From: a virus
Length of the DNA stretch: 64,000 nucleotides
Virus record (IMG/VR): IMGVR_UViG_3300022723_000207
Location: 89,185-153,184 of that record
Strand: one strand, 5' to 3'
Part shown: positions 44,548 to 55,244 of the stretch, piece by piece
How the letters are laid out: every line of letters begins with the position of its first letter
Position numbering within the stretch: position 1 is the first letter of the stretch
The notes under the pieces: generated by a model
The model's input: only the letters and a program-made list of their open reading frames with translations
Told to the model about the DNA's origin: nothing
Database searches by the model: none
Translations under genes and position numbers: made by a program

Positions 44548-45169
44548 TACTATGATGTGGACGTCAAATACCACTAACTCTGGCTATTGTTTAGCCACTG
44601 ACTCTACAACTAGCACATTAACTGGCACTACTGGTACTGACATTGTAGTAGTAGAAGCACCCAGGAAAAGCCATCATGGCTTGGAGCAAGACTTTGGTGG
44701 CATATTAAAGTTGTTGGTTGGTGCTGGTGAAATACACTTGCCAGATAATACTAAGCTAATAATGGATAATTTGGGCAATTATAAGATTGTTGATGATGAT
44801 GCTAAAGTTAAATATGAGGCTAATTTTAATCGTGAATTCAATAAATATGTTAATGCTAGCGAATTATTGGGTGAATTTGTTAGAGATCTAGGTATAGTTG
44901 GAGTTACCCAAGACAAAGTATTAAGGACACCGATTGAATACTTTATTAATTGGCTAATCCATAGGGCAGCAGAAGCGGATAATGATCCCTATGCTAAAGA
45001 AGGCGTCCCGACTTTAGAAGATAGCCGTAAACAATTACCAGCGCCTCAATTGCGTTGCAAGTTCTGCCAGCGTTTTTTATCTAAAAACCATGAACAGCAC
45101 GGCATGCATTTTTGCAACCCGTCACATATGTCTCGTTATGCTGATAGAGTGGGGTTAGAATTGTTATGA
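44537..45169 (+). CDS. hypothetical protein with C-terminal Zn finger
   Basis: CKFC..FC..H. Confidence 0.6.
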   Translation: MNPNTMMWTSNTTNSGYCLATDSTTSTLTGTTGTDIVVVEAPRKSHHGLEQDFGGILKLLVGAGEIHLPDNTKLIMDNLGNYKIVDDDAKVKYEANFNREFNKYVNASELLGEFVRDLGIVGVTQDKVLRTPIEYFINWLIHRAAEADNDPYAKEGVPTLEDSRKQLPAPQLRCKFCQRFLSKNHEQHGMHFCNPSHMSRYADRVGLELL

Positions 45170-45211
45170 TAACCAGAATTAATGGGTAGATAACTGCTGA
45201 TATAAATCGAT

Positions 45212-45778
45212 ATGGTCGATATTTTCTTTTCTGCGGATACTCATATTGATCACGGTGGTATTTTCATTGATAAGGATACTGGCGAGGTAGTCCGTAGGGG
45301 TGCCTTGAGATTCCGCCCACAGTTTTGTGATCTCGATGAGATGAATGAAACCATTATCGAACGGTGGAATTCAGTAGTAGGTAAACATGATATTGTCTGG
45401 CATTTGGGTGATTTCGGATTTAAAATTAAACGGTTTAGATATTGGCTGTCTAGGTTGAATGGCAGCATCCATCTAATCTTAGGTAATCATGATCCGGATT
45501 GGCCCGCCACTAAGATTAAAGATGTTGGGTTTGCGTCTATCAGACAGGCCCATTATCTTAAGATAGGTGAAGACAAGGTTTATCTTCATCATTATGCCTG
45601 TAGAACTTGGCGTAGTTCTTATCGTGGTAGTTATCATCTTTATGGCCACTCTCATGGAGACATTGAAGATTTTAATAGATCTACTGATGTTGGGGTCGAT
45701 GCTTGGGATTTTTATCCGGTGCCATGGAGCATGGTTAAAGAACGGCTGAAAGATCGACCGATAACTAATCATCATTAA
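45212..45778 (+). CDS. calcineurin-like metallophosphoesterase
   Basis: ADTH, HLGDF, LGNHD, LYGHSHG, DVGVD. Confidence 0.9.
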   Translation: MVDIFFSADTHIDHGGIFIDKDTGEVVRRGALRFRPQFCDLDEMNETIIERWNSVVGKHDIVWHLGDFGFKIKRFRYWLSRLNGSIHLILGNHDPDWPATKIKDVGFASIRQAHYLKIGEDKVYLHHYACRTWRSSYRGSYHLYGHSHGDIEDFNRSTDVGVDAWDFYPVPWSMVKERLKDRPITNHH

Positions 45779-45823
45779 TTTAATCAGGGTGCTAGTACCT
45801 TTGTAAATAATCAAAGGTACCTT

Positions 45824-46750
45824 ATGCGGTCTTTAAGCGATCGTCTAGATCAGGCGCTCTCAGAAAAAATTGAAGAACCAGTTGCCATTAATGAGGCGAA
45901 CTGGCTTAGAAAATTTCTGTCGGTTGGCAAGAAGCCGGTTAAGAATATGGAACCGGTTCAGCAGACTGAATCGAAGCCGGATCCAGAGCCAGATCCAGAG
46001 CCAGATCGTGCTGACAAGATTAAGGCTAGTGGCGCACCTACAACGCATATAGCTTCGTATGCCGTAGCGAGAGGCAAGGGATTTATCAGAGTAGGAGTTG
46101 AAGGCGATAAGTCTTTAACTAAGGCGCGTTTGCATATATTCAAGAAGGGCAATAGGTATTTTGGATTTTTAGTTATCCCAGGTCCAGGTGGCAAGAGAGT
46201 AAAGACTGAAGAATTTCGTAATCAGGTTATGATGATCTTAGAGACTGACATATATGAGGTTGTCTCTGATGTAGTATTGAAATATGATAGTGATGATCTT
46301 GGAGATCTCTTTGATTTATCCAACTATACTTCTAGATCTGGTTTGAATCCTGGTAAGTTTTCAGAATATGAAAAAGATATTAGATTATTAGATGTTGATA
46401 ATGCTGAGAAGGTCGATCTTGGACGTTTGCCATGGGGCAAAGAACAGCGGCAAGCGATGCGTCAGGAAGATCCAGTAGATGTCAGTATAAATGAGTTAAG
46501 GATGTTAGCTGACAAATACGAGCAATTAGCTGACCAGGAAGAAGAGCCGTTTGCGGAGACCGTGTATCGTCAGATGGTTCATTTTGCCACGCACGCAGAA
46601 AATAGAAGTCACCTAGAAAATTTAATTAATAACATTAAAAAAGGTATAAAGAAGTTTAATAAGATAGGAGACAAGAAGTCTATATATCGGTCAGAAATAT
46701 TGCAGTCAGCTCTAAATGATATTGAGATGGTCATGGAGTTAGATCTCTAG
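45824..46750 (+). CDS. hypothetical protein
   Basis: 308 aa; ALSE/INE motifs; PDPE repeat. Confidence 0.65.
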   Translation: MRSLSDRLDQALSEKIEEPVAINEANWLRKFLSVGKKPVKNMEPVQQTESKPDPEPDPEPDRADKIKASGAPTTHIASYAVARGKGFIRVGVEGDKSLTKARLHIFKKGNRYFGFLVIPGPGGKRVKTEEFRNQVMMILETDIYEVVSDVVLKYDSDDLGDLFDLSNYTSRSGLNPGKFSEYEKDIRLLDVDNAEKVDLGRLPWGKEQRQAMRQEDPVDVSINELRMLADKYEQLADQEEEPFAETVYRQMVHFATHAENRSHLENLINNIKKGIKKFNKIGDKKSIYRSEILQSALNDIEMVMELDL

Positions 46751-46751
46751 T

Positions 46752-49700
46752 ATGCTCCACACTCTAGAAATGATTGTAAAAATGCAGACTGGCGACGTAA
46801 TGTCCGGTCTGAATGGGATTGAAGACAAAATAATCAATCTTGTTGATCAAGTGGGTAATTTTAGCCCTATGAATGTTGTTAATGATAATCAAATTGAAGT
46901 GGTATCTCAAGTTAATGAAGCGATTAGAACTACAGAGCGATTGACTGGTTTAGTCAATAGTAGGAATGTTGAGAATTATCTGCAAGCTCAGAAAGATTTG
47001 GATTTAGTAGAAGCCAAGGCATCTGCTTTAGATAAAACCGCTGGCAATGCTGAGCGTCTGGCTGCAGTGACTGCTAGGGGTGCTGGTGTTGCGGAAAGAC
47101 TGGCCTCATTTTATGGTGAATCTAGAGATCTGTTGTCTAAGAATGCAGATTTAGTTGAACAGCTTTCTAATAAAAATGTACAAGTCAATAAGTTGACTGG
47201 CGCTCAATATAAAGACCTTAAAGAGATAGCCAAAGTACTTGACTCTGTAAAGAATCATAGAGAAGTTATCAATGATGAGTTAGAACTTACGGTTGAGCAA
47301 GTGGAAAATCTTCTTGAAAATTATGAAAATATTGATAAGAAAGTAATAGAATGGAAAGACAATCAAGCTGAAATTGCTAAACAGAAAGTTGGTAATTTCT
47401 TAGGAAATAACTTTAATTTATTGAATATTGTTATTGATCGATTTAAGGATCTTAACAAGCAGTTTGAGGCTAATAGGGCAATTGTTAATAGAAATATCAG
47501 CACTGTTGGTGAAGCCGGGGACATGTACGGAGCATTGGCTGATATTCAGGCTGATGCTGCTCAGAGTAATATTCTTCTTGGTGAAGCCCAAGAGTCCCTG
47601 ACAAAAATATTGGCTAATGGTGCTGCTGTTACTGTTAAAGATGCTGCAGCACTATCTGAAATGTCTAAGTCGATTGCTCAAACTAATCGAGCGACTGGCG
47701 TTTCTATTGGCAGTTTAGCTGACTTATCAACTACTATGGTTGGTCTGACAAATGAAACTGCTTCTGGCGCAGAGACAGTACAATTCATAACTGGTGCTAT
47801 GAAGGAATTGGGTATTTCTGCAGAGAATACTCAGAAAACTGTTGATGCCTTAACTAAGGGTCTTGCTTCTGCTAAAACTTTTATGACTCCAGATGAGCTT
47901 AAGGAATATCAAGCTGGTCTGGCATTGATCGGTTCTGCAGCAACAGAAGCTGGTGTCGATGCGGCTGCGGCACAGGAATTATTTAACTCATTTACTGACC
48001 CACTGCAACGCACCCAGCGCGCAGCTTTTTTGGCTGCTGGCGGTCTGGATAATATTGTTCAAGCTTCTCCAGAAGAGACTTTGCGGGCTGCTGCTAAAGC
48101 TGTGGCTGATTTACAAGCTAAAGTCGATGCTGGCAATATGGATATGGTCCAGATGTCAGCTAATTTGAGATTCATGAAGATTGATCCGACTCAAGTTCAA
48201 ACTTTCTTAGCTTTAGACAAACAACTTAATGATACTACCAATACTGGTAAGAATTTTGTTCAAATGCAAGAAAATATGGCTAAGTCTGGCAAGACTGCTA
48301 ATGAGAACTTACCAGAAGATGGTACTCGTAAACTTGTTGATGCAGTTGATAATTTAGTGGCTGCACTAACACCGATATCGAAATTGATTGATGGCATTGT
48401 TGGGTCGGTTGGTACTTTAATTAGAACTCCTCTTGGGCAGTGGCTGGCCATATCTTCCGCTGCATTTGTGACTTATTTTAAAGTTATTAAGCCATTGGTT
48501 TCTGGTATTGGCGGCCTAGTCGGTAGTTTTGGAAAACTTGCTAAGACCCAACAGCAAGTGGCATCAGCTAGTACTAAAATGTCTAGTGCTGGTGGTGGAG
48601 GTGGCTTCTTAGTAAACTTCTCTAAGCAAATTCAATTGGCCAGTAAGAATTTTGCTAAAATAAGCTGGACTGGTATGCTCAAGGGTTCTGTGATGCTGGT
48701 GGCGGTTGCCGGGTCATTGGCCTTGGGCATTTATTTGTTGGGTAAGGCTGCAGCTACTTTACAGCCAACTCAAATGGATCAATTACTAGTATTAATGGGT
48801 AGCATACTAATAGCGACTGCTCTTTTGATACCACTTGGAAAACTTGGACCGCAAGCTCTAATGGGTGCTTTGGCTGTTGGTGTGGTTGGTGCTGCACTGG
48901 CTGGTGGATTAGCATTACTTGCCTTGGCAATTGGCATGTGGGATAAGGGGATGATTGATAACTTTATTTGGTTGGCAAGCGGCTTGATTATCGCTACCGG
49001 CTTAATCGCTATAATCGGCATACCAGCCGTTGGCGCTGCTGCTCTTCTTGGTGCTTTAGCTATATTAGCAGTTGGAGCAGCACTAGCTGGCGGGCTGTCT
49101 CTATTGGGTCTTGCTATCAAGATGTGGAATAAGCGTAAGATTGATAATTTTATCAAGTTGGCTGGTGGTTTAGTTATTGCTACTGGATTGATTGCTGCAA
49201 TCGGTCTTGTTGCACCACTTGCTCTAGTTGGTGCCGTAGCCTTAATTGCTGTGGCAACTGCTTTGTCTGCTGCCATGGCAATTATCGGTACTACGATTGG
49301 TAGCCTGGAGTCATTTGCTGCAGGATTAGATAGCCTTATTGGATCTATGAGCAGACTTAATCCACAAATGGGTGAAAGCCTCATGCTGATTGGTGCGGGC
49401 CTGGCTGCTTTCGCTGCTGCTTTAACTGGTGGTGAGATTGCTGCTTTCTTTGGTGCAGACATTGTTCAGCAGGCTGCTGCGATGGCACAGGCTATGCTAA
49501 CAATGCAGCCTGCTATTGAATCTATTGCGGCCATTGGTGGGGATGCAGCTGGTGCGTTTAAGACCATTGGTGAGGGATTGCTCATGATGTCTGGCGCTCT
49601 TGCTGGTGGTGGTATTATGAGCTTCCTTACTGGTGATACCGTTGCCAATGCTAAAGACCTGGCTAAGGCCATGGCCCTGATTGCTTCGCCTATTAATAGC

Positions 49701-50177
49701 ATTGGTAAAATCGGTAGAGAAACTGCCATGGTGTTCAGGCTTATGGCTAGTGGCCTTAAACAATTTGTTAACGTATTGAAAGAAGATGCTGGCTGGTTTG
49801 ATAGCTTTGAAGATAATGCAGAGGACATTGCAGCTGCTTTAACTAAACTTGCCAAGCCAATGAAGGATATCGTTGGCGTTCAGCAGGCTAATGTAGAAGC
49901 TTCCATCAAGGAAGCAGCTAAGGTACAAGCGGAAGAGATTCGTTCTGCGTTAGCTGTTACTATTGAGCAGGGTAATGCCGCTGATGAAGCTATTTTGGAA
50001 AAGTTGGATGATTTGATCGCTGCTGTGGAAGAAGGTGGTGGCGTTGGTGGTGGTGCTAGCCCAGAGCAGTTGGAAGAAGCCCGTAAATCCACAGAATTGC
50101 TTCAGAATATCTTCAATGAGCTTGCGATTGGTGGAACGTTTGGTGGAAGTGTGGCTGACACCAGATATAATACATAA
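46752..50177 (+). CDS. tail tape measure protein
   Basis: 1141 aa, helical, Ala/Gly-rich hydrophobic repeats, directly upstream of baseplate genes. Confidence 0.85.
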   Translation: MLHTLEMIVKMQTGDVMSGLNGIEDKIINLVDQVGNFSPMNVVNDNQIEVVSQVNEAIRTTERLTGLVNSRNVENYLQAQKDLDLVEAKASALDKTAGNAERLAAVTARGAGVAERLASFYGESRDLLSKNADLVEQLSNKNVQVNKLTGAQYKDLKEIAKVLDSVKNHREVINDELELTVEQVENLLENYENIDKKVIEWKDNQAEIAKQKVGNFLGNNFNLLNIVIDRFKDLNKQFEANRAIVNRNISTVGEAGDMYGALADIQADAAQSNILLGEAQESLTKILANGAAVTVKDAAALSEMSKSIAQTNRATGVSIGSLADLSTTMVGLTNETASGAETVQFITGAMKELGISAENTQKTVDALTKGLASAKTFMTPDELKEYQAGLALIGSAATEAGVDAAAAQELFNSFTDPLQRTQRAAFLAAGGLDNIVQASPEETLRAAAKAVADLQAKVDAGNMDMVQMSANLRFMKIDPTQVQTFLALDKQLNDTTNTGKNFVQMQENMAKSGKTANENLPEDGTRKLVDAVDNLVAALTPISKLIDGIVGSVGTLIRTPLGQWLAISSAAFVTYFKVIKPLVSGIGGLVGSFGKLAKTQQQVASASTKMSSAGGGGGFLVNFSKQIQLASKNFAKISWTGMLKGSVMLVAVAGSLALGIYLLGKAAATLQPTQMDQLLVLMGSILIATALLIPLGKLGPQALMGALAVGVVGAALAGGLALLALAIGMWDKGMIDNFIWLASGLIIATGLIAIIGIPAVGAAALLGALAILAVGAALAGGLSLLGLAIKMWNKRKIDNFIKLAGGLVIATGLIAAIGLVAPLALVGAVALIAVATALSAAMAIIGTTIGSLESFAAGLDSLIGSMSRLNPQMGESLMLIGAGLAAFAAALTGGEIAAFFGADIVQQAAAMAQAMLTMQPAIESIAAIGGDAAGAFKTIGEGLLMMSGALAGGGIMSFLTGDTVANAKDLAKAMALIASPINSIGKIGRETAMVFRLMASGLKQFVNVLKEDAGWFDSFEDNAEDIAAALTKLAKPMKDIVGVQQANVEASIKEAAKVQAEEIRSALAVTIEQGNAADEAILEKLDDLIAAVEEGGGVGGGASPEQLEEARKSTELLQNIFNELAIGGTFGGSVADTRYNT

Positions 50178-50187
50178 AATATAAATT

Positions 50188-50808
50188 ATGCCCCTTGTCT
50201 TAACTAGAGCTGACGAAAACGCGTTAGAAAACGTAGAATTGAAAGTCGATGGCGACAATGGTAGTGCTGGCATCACCTTAGATAGAAATAATCTGATGTT
50301 TCCACCAATTGTCACTAAAGATAGCAAGTCAGCCAGATGGCAAGAGGAGGCCGATTCTGGTGGTTATGAGCCAATGAAATTCTACAAAAATGCTAATGCT
50401 AGACAATTAGGCATTCAGTTTGAATGGGTTACTGGTGGTTTTAACGGTGGTCAATTCAACCCAGTTAATTTGCATAGTATTCTATCCCAAATTCGGGCAT
50501 ATTTTTATGGTGCATATTTTGGTGGTGGCAATGATCATTATCCAGTAGTGCAGATAGTTAAACTATATAATATTGTTAGAACTGCTGGTCAAGCTGGTGC
50601 TCAAAGGCCATCCACTTGGAGATTGATGGGTTTTAATATCAAAAGAAGTAGAGAAATGACTAAAATTGGCAGTGATTGGTATCCATTACATGTTACTGCA
50701 GATATGGAATTAGAGTCTGTTTCGCAGATTCAAGGTAAGAATGGTACAGAAGGTCCATTCTCCGGATTTAAAAATTTAGTCTCTAGACCACCAGTGGAAT
50801 GGTTCTAA
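50188..50808 (+). CDS. baseplate / tail-tube initiator-like protein
   Basis: position after tape measure; W..E...YEPMKFY...R pattern. Confidence 0.55.
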   Translation: MPLVLTRADENALENVELKVDGDNGSAGITLDRNNLMFPPIVTKDSKSARWQEEADSGGYEPMKFYKNANARQLGIQFEWVTGGFNGGQFNPVNLHSILSQIRAYFYGAYFGGGNDHYPVVQIVKLYNIVRTAGQAGAQRPSTWRLMGFNIKRSREMTKIGSDWYPLHVTADMELESVSQIQGKNGTEGPFSGFKNLVSRPPVEWF

Positions 50809-51119
50809 TGGCACAATTATTGAATGTCAGCAGATTCATAAAGACTCCGCTAACAAAAACTCGTAGTGGCCGGGACACTTATGGAGTGATTGAAGGGTTT
50901 GATCGATTAAAGAACATTACTGGTGATGATTATGATTCTTTTACTGTTGATTCTAGTCTATCTGGTAGAGTAGATCTAATTGCTCATCAATTTTACGGTA
51001 ATTCTCATTTGGAATGGGTGATAGTCATAGCCAACCGACCAAAGAACCCATTGAATTGGCCAGCTACTGGAGAGGTTATTAAAGTTCCTAAGAACACCTT
51101 TGTGAGGTCATTATTCTAA
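50808..51119 (+). CDS. baseplate wedge protein (T4 gp53/LysM-like)
   Basis: GRVDLIAHQFYGNSHLEWVIVIAN...GEVIKVP. Confidence 0.85.
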   Translation: MAQLLNVSRFIKTPLTKTRSGRDTYGVIEGFDRLKNITGDDYDSFTVDSSLSGRVDLIAHQFYGNSHLEWVIVIANRPKNPLNWPATGEVIKVPKNTFVRSLF

Positions 51120-51727
51120 TGCCGGGCTTTATAATTGCAGGAAGTGGTGGCCCAGCCCCAATCGTCCCTGGGAATAGAGATTGGTTAAGATCTCATCGGT
51201 TTGAACTTATCAACTTCTTTGGGCAGATAGCAAGTAGTTCTCCAGAGTTTATTGCTTTGAGAGATGTTACTATGCCTGACAAGAAATTGAAGTCTATTGG
51301 TATTAAGACTCCAGGAACTACATATAAATTCGCTAGTCAAGCTGAGTATAATGAATTAAAAATGGTTTTTTATGGATCACGGTCGTTATTGACTAAATGT
51401 CTACAGCTGGCTGATAAGCCGCACAATACTAGAGATGGCATCAGAGACTATCAGGAGTATAAAGGCCAAGTAACATTTCAAATCAGGGACACTGGCGCAT
51501 TTGAGGGTGATTTTAGTGGAATTGAATATGATTATAAGGGCGCATGGGTTTCCCAAGTAACTCATGGTCAGATTTCATACTCTTCTAGTGAGATAATGGC
51601 TATTACAGTGACTATTGAATTTGATTTCTATGAGGTTGCTGAGTTCGGTGCAATCGGCCAGTCTATTGTATCCAATGATAATGTTACCCCGATTTTGGGG
51701 CCTTATAATGGGGAGACTTCTAGATAA
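51119..51727 (+). CDS. tail tube-like protein (gp19/gp54 family)
   Basis: VTMPD, YKGAWVSQV..ISYSSSEIMAITVTIEFD. Confidence 0.7.
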   Translation: MPGFIIAGSGGPAPIVPGNRDWLRSHRFELINFFGQIASSSPEFIALRDVTMPDKKLKSIGIKTPGTTYKFASQAEYNELKMVFYGSRSLLTKCLQLADKPHNTRDGIRDYQEYKGQVTFQIRDTGAFEGDFSGIEYDYKGAWVSQVTHGQISYSSSEIMAITVTIEFDFYEVAEFGAIGQSIVSNDNVTPILGPYNGETSR

Positions 51728-53037
51728 TGGTTGAGAAAGCCGGTTCTGATGTTGAGACCATTGTCACTATTCAAGATGGCCCTGATTTAAGCAGGGCCAT
51801 TGGATTATTAAAATGGACTAGTTTCATTAATGATGGTTATAAGTTATTCGTACGTGTCTTCGACCCTAATCTGTCTCTGTTTCAAGAGCTGACTAATATT
51901 CGTTATTTGAAGGAAGCTAGGCGCGAACCTCTTGTAGTTACTTTCAATATTGGTTATCGCATTGGGACTCAAGAGAAATCTAGAACCACCACCAGAACAG
52001 CATATGTTACTAATCTAGTTGCCAAGGTACCGTCTGGCGCTCAAACTGCAGGCTATTTTGAATTTATTGCTATCGATCCACCGACTTGGTTTTTGAGTTG
52101 TGGTGATGCAGCAGGGGCAGTATACACTGGTAATGTCTCTGATGTAATCCGGCAGGTAGTCGCCAAATATGCTCCAGGCATTGCCGTAGATATATCGACC
52201 ACCACTGATAATAAGACCAACAAGTGGTGGCAGATGCGCCAGGATCCTAAGACTTTTATAACGACATTGTTGGACTGGTCCGCATCAGTCTCTAATAATA
52301 AAACTAACTGGGTGGTAGCTTCTGTAGATGAGAAGATTCTCATCAGGGAGCAGGCGGAACTGAGAACCATTGATTTGGGTGAGTATTCTGTGAATGTTGA
52401 TTATCCAGGGGCTAAAAACGTTGAGTCATGGGAACGGGAAGACAATAACTTTTTGAGCAATCTTCAGACAAGAATGTTTACTGGTGGTATATCTGCAGTA
52501 TCCGGTCTTTATTGTAGTCCCAGCAATTCCATAACTGAAGGTCTAACTGTTGTAGATGATGAGAACACCGCTGCTAAGAAAAATGTTCGGATTACCGAAG
52601 AACAAGGATTTACAAAGCCTGACGATAAGGATCGTGGTATTACCTTTGTACGAGCCATCCCAGAGCATAATGCTGGTGATGTCGGAATTCAATATCAACA
52701 ATATATTGATGGTCGTGCCAGAGGCGTATTCATCGGATCTCTTGATTTATTGAACCGTGTGCGTGTGCGTGCCTTAGGTGCACCTAAGTTGGATGACAGT
52801 AGTGCTTTGGGTGCTTCAGTAGTGTCGCTCTTATGGATTGACGCTGAGGGGCAACCCTGGACCGGTCAAGGGTCTCATTTGGTTTATGGATTTGAACATG
52901 TATTTATAGGTGGTAAGTGGCATACGGACATATTCTTGAATCGCAAAGACTTCAATTCCGATGCTGCTATTGTTTCTTCTGCTCAAAGTGCTCCTAATGC
53001 CGCAGGTCCATTATCGTCCGGAACAATAGCTACTTAA
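51727..53037 (+). CDS. baseplate hub protein (gp27/late control D-like)
   Basis: YTGNVSDVIRQVV, WWQMRQD, EHVF; synteny. Confidence 0.6.
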   Translation: MVEKAGSDVETIVTIQDGPDLSRAIGLLKWTSFINDGYKLFVRVFDPNLSLFQELTNIRYLKEARREPLVVTFNIGYRIGTQEKSRTTTRTAYVTNLVAKVPSGAQTAGYFEFIAIDPPTWFLSCGDAAGAVYTGNVSDVIRQVVAKYAPGIAVDISTTTDNKTNKWWQMRQDPKTFITTLLDWSASVSNNKTNWVVASVDEKILIREQAELRTIDLGEYSVNVDYPGAKNVESWEREDNNFLSNLQTRMFTGGISAVSGLYCSPSNSITEGLTVVDDENTAAKKNVRITEEQGFTKPDDKDRGITFVRAIPEHNAGDVGIQYQQYIDGRARGVFIGSLDLLNRVRVRALGAPKLDDSSALGASVVSLLWIDAEGQPWTGQGSHLVYGFEHVFIGGKWHTDIFLNRKDFNSDAAIVSSAQSAPNAAGPLSSGTIAT

Positions 53038-53078
53038 TTATATATTGACCCATTGCTACTAATTAGTAGGAGATAGCA

Positions 53079-53576
53079 ATGGGTGACAGCGATAACCGTA
53101 GTATGGGCGAAAAGATTGTGGACGCCTATGTTATTTTGGCCATGGTGGCTATGTTCGTTGGTGCCATCGGTTTTGCTATTCATGCACTTCTGATCTTGCC
53201 GATCAAGCTGGCGGTGTGGCTTATGAGCGGCAACCGATCTGATGCTGATAATCTATTTAATATGTCTAAACTAGGTGTGGCGATGATTGGTCTCACTGCT
53301 TTTGCGGTTCCGGTTTATATTGTCAATTGCGTGATGGATAATAAATATGGGTTTGAGACAATGCATCACTTTATCGCGGTGGCATTCTTGTTAATTCCGA
53401 TCAAGTTTATCGTCCCTGAGACTATCAAGGAATTTAACACACTTTATGAGCCCATCGGTGACCATTGCTATCTTGAAGGCAAACATTTGTTTGGTCTGGG
53501 ATGGCGATTCGCAGCTGGTATAGCAATCGTTGTGGCTATGGGGTTTGCTATTAATGATGCCTTTATTACTGCTTGA
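53079..53576 (+). CDS. multi-pass membrane protein
   Basis: about four hydrophobic segments; AGGAG SD. Confidence 0.65.
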   Translation: MGDSDNRSMGEKIVDAYVILAMVAMFVGAIGFAIHALLILPIKLAVWLMSGNRSDADNLFNMSKLGVAMIGLTAFAVPVYIVNCVMDNKYGFETMHHFIAVAFLLIPIKFIVPETIKEFNTLYEPIGDHCYLEGKHLFGLGWRFAAGIAIVVAMGFAINDAFITA

Positions 53577-53594
53577 AGACTGCCACAAACTATC

Positions 53595-53822
53595 ATGGAC
53601 GAACAACTACAGAATTTGCAAAAACTGGTGGACTTCGTTAATGGAGTAGATGAGGGGAGCACAGCCTTCGGGCTGTTGCTCGCCCTTTTTTGTTTTGCGG
53701 TGATGGTGGTTATTATCCTATTTGCCATTTTCATAATCAAGCAGAATCCCGATATATTTAATAATCGGTCTACCGTTGTTACAAACAATCAGAAGCCAAT
53801 AGGAGATACCCCATGCGAATGA
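53595..53822 (+). CDS. small membrane protein
   Basis: single long hydrophobic segment. Confidence 0.55.
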   Translation: MDEQLQNLQKLVDFVNGVDEGSTAFGLLLALFCFAVMVVIILFAIFIIKQNPDIFNNRSTVVTNNQKPIGDTPCE

Positions 53823-54430
53823 TCGCTGTTATTCTAATGATCCTGCCTCTAACCGTCGCGTGGGCGGAAGATGAAACGCAGGTTGAAATCCCATACAACA
53901 TCGAGCGCCTCTTTGAAAAGAGCGATAAGGACAATCGCAACGCAGTTTCTGATCTGATTGAAGTTATCGCTGAACGAAACGAGGAACTCAAGGAAGATGT
54001 TGACAAAAAGTTGCGTCGCCACAAGGGTTTGGAAGCCTACAAGGCTGCTGCCAAGAACGGCGCTTCCAATGAAGATATTATCGCTAGTCCGCTGGCTAGT
54101 GCTGAAGTTAAGGAAGTCGCTGCGGTCTATTTGCGGCTGGATGAAATGTCAGCTATGACCGTGGCTGATTATATGCCTGAAGTTGAGGAAGGTTCAGTGG
54201 ATATGATCTTTGGGCAACCTAAGGTTAATCCAATTGGTAGATGGAGTTTTGCCGGTAGTTGGATTGAGTTTAAAAATGACGGTACATACATTGATGGTTG
54301 GGGCAGCAGTGGATCTTATGAAATAGATGGCACTGCAATTAAATGGAAGACTCGTTTGTTTGGGCATACTCTTGATAATGGTAATGTTGTCAGGAGCGAT
54401 GGCCAACAGTGGCCTGCCACTAAGGAATAA
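53813..54430 (+). CDS. secreted/periplasmic protein
   Basis: signal peptide MRMIAVILMILPLTVAWA. Confidence 0.65.
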   Translation: MRMIAVILMILPLTVAWAEDETQVEIPYNIERLFEKSDKDNRNAVSDLIEVIAERNEELKEDVDKKLRRHKGLEAYKAAAKNGASNEDIIASPLASAEVKEVAAVYLRLDEMSAMTVADYMPEVEEGSVDMIFGQPKVNPIGRWSFAGSWIEFKNDGTYIDGWGSSGSYEIDGTAIKWKTRLFGHTLDNGNVVRSDGQQWPATKE

Positions 54431-54445
54431 GTCTAAATCAAGTAT

Positions 54446-55141
54446 TTATTGTTGATAGTGCTTGAATTTTAAATATATTGGATGCCACTGATGTTTAAAC
54501 TCTGTGGTTTTATGTCTGATCTTGTCTGATTTTATTCTTTTATAAAAATCAGTATCTTCATGACCCCAAGACTGTTTACTCCACCATTTCACTAGGTTGT
54601 TGCGGTGCACAGAACAATTGCCATATCCCCTCTTTGTGAATCTTTTGGTTTTGTGGTTTGGGTCTTGAAATAATAACACTCTTGGGAAGTATGACTGAGT
54701 TTTTGAAGTAAATTCTATGACATCTTTTATTGCTTGTTTGGTTATGGTCACATCAGCGTCTAAAAATAATATTATAGAGCCTGAACTGTTCTCTGCTGCT
54801 TTGTTTAATCCAGCGCCTCTTGAAAATTGTTTTTCTTCCATTGATACTAATTTATAATTATAACCCATAAGTTTTGAAGATAAAAATTTATCCATATTTA
54901 TATCGGTTGAATGCCAATCAGTCACAATTATTTCTGTGTTGGCCTTGTCTATGCTATTCTTTATTGAATCAATACAATTTGGGAATAATTTTAATATTTT
55001 GTTTTCATATCTAATTGACGATCGGTTTTTGACTGTAATACATATACTCAACTCGGGATTAGGATCGGAACGTCTGAATTTGTTTCCTGGTTTTGAAGAT
55101 ATGCTCAGTATTATTTTGTTTTTTAATCTACTGTTTCTCAT
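54446..55141 (-). CDS. glycosyltransferase (GT2/GT7-like)
   Basis: DWHSTD, FSRGAGLN, FLDAD, WGHED. Confidence 0.85.
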   Translation of the reverse strand: MRNSRLKNKIILSISSKPGNKFRRSDPNPELSICITVKNRSSIRYENKILKLFPNCIDSIKNSIDKANTEIIVTDWHSTDINMDKFLSSKLMGYNYKLVSMEEKQFSRGAGLNKAAENSSGSIILFLDADVTITKQAIKDVIEFTSKTQSYFPRVLLFQDPNHKTKRFTKRGYGNCSVHRNNLVKWWSKQSWGHEDTDFYKRIKSDKIRHKTTEFKHQWHPIYLKFKHYQQ

Positions 55142-55244
55142 AGTCTTGGTGAATCTTCTCTAAGACAGTTGTTGAAATTCAGCCCTTTGTGTTAATGAAC
55201 AGATGTTGTTGCCAAACCTGCCGTACCATTTTTTAATTCTAATG

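Noticed and set aside
48779-50327. Long minus-strand ORFs within the tape measure gene (also 61263-61997)
   Set aside because: Antisense shadows caused by biased codon use in Ala/Gly- or Ser-rich genes.
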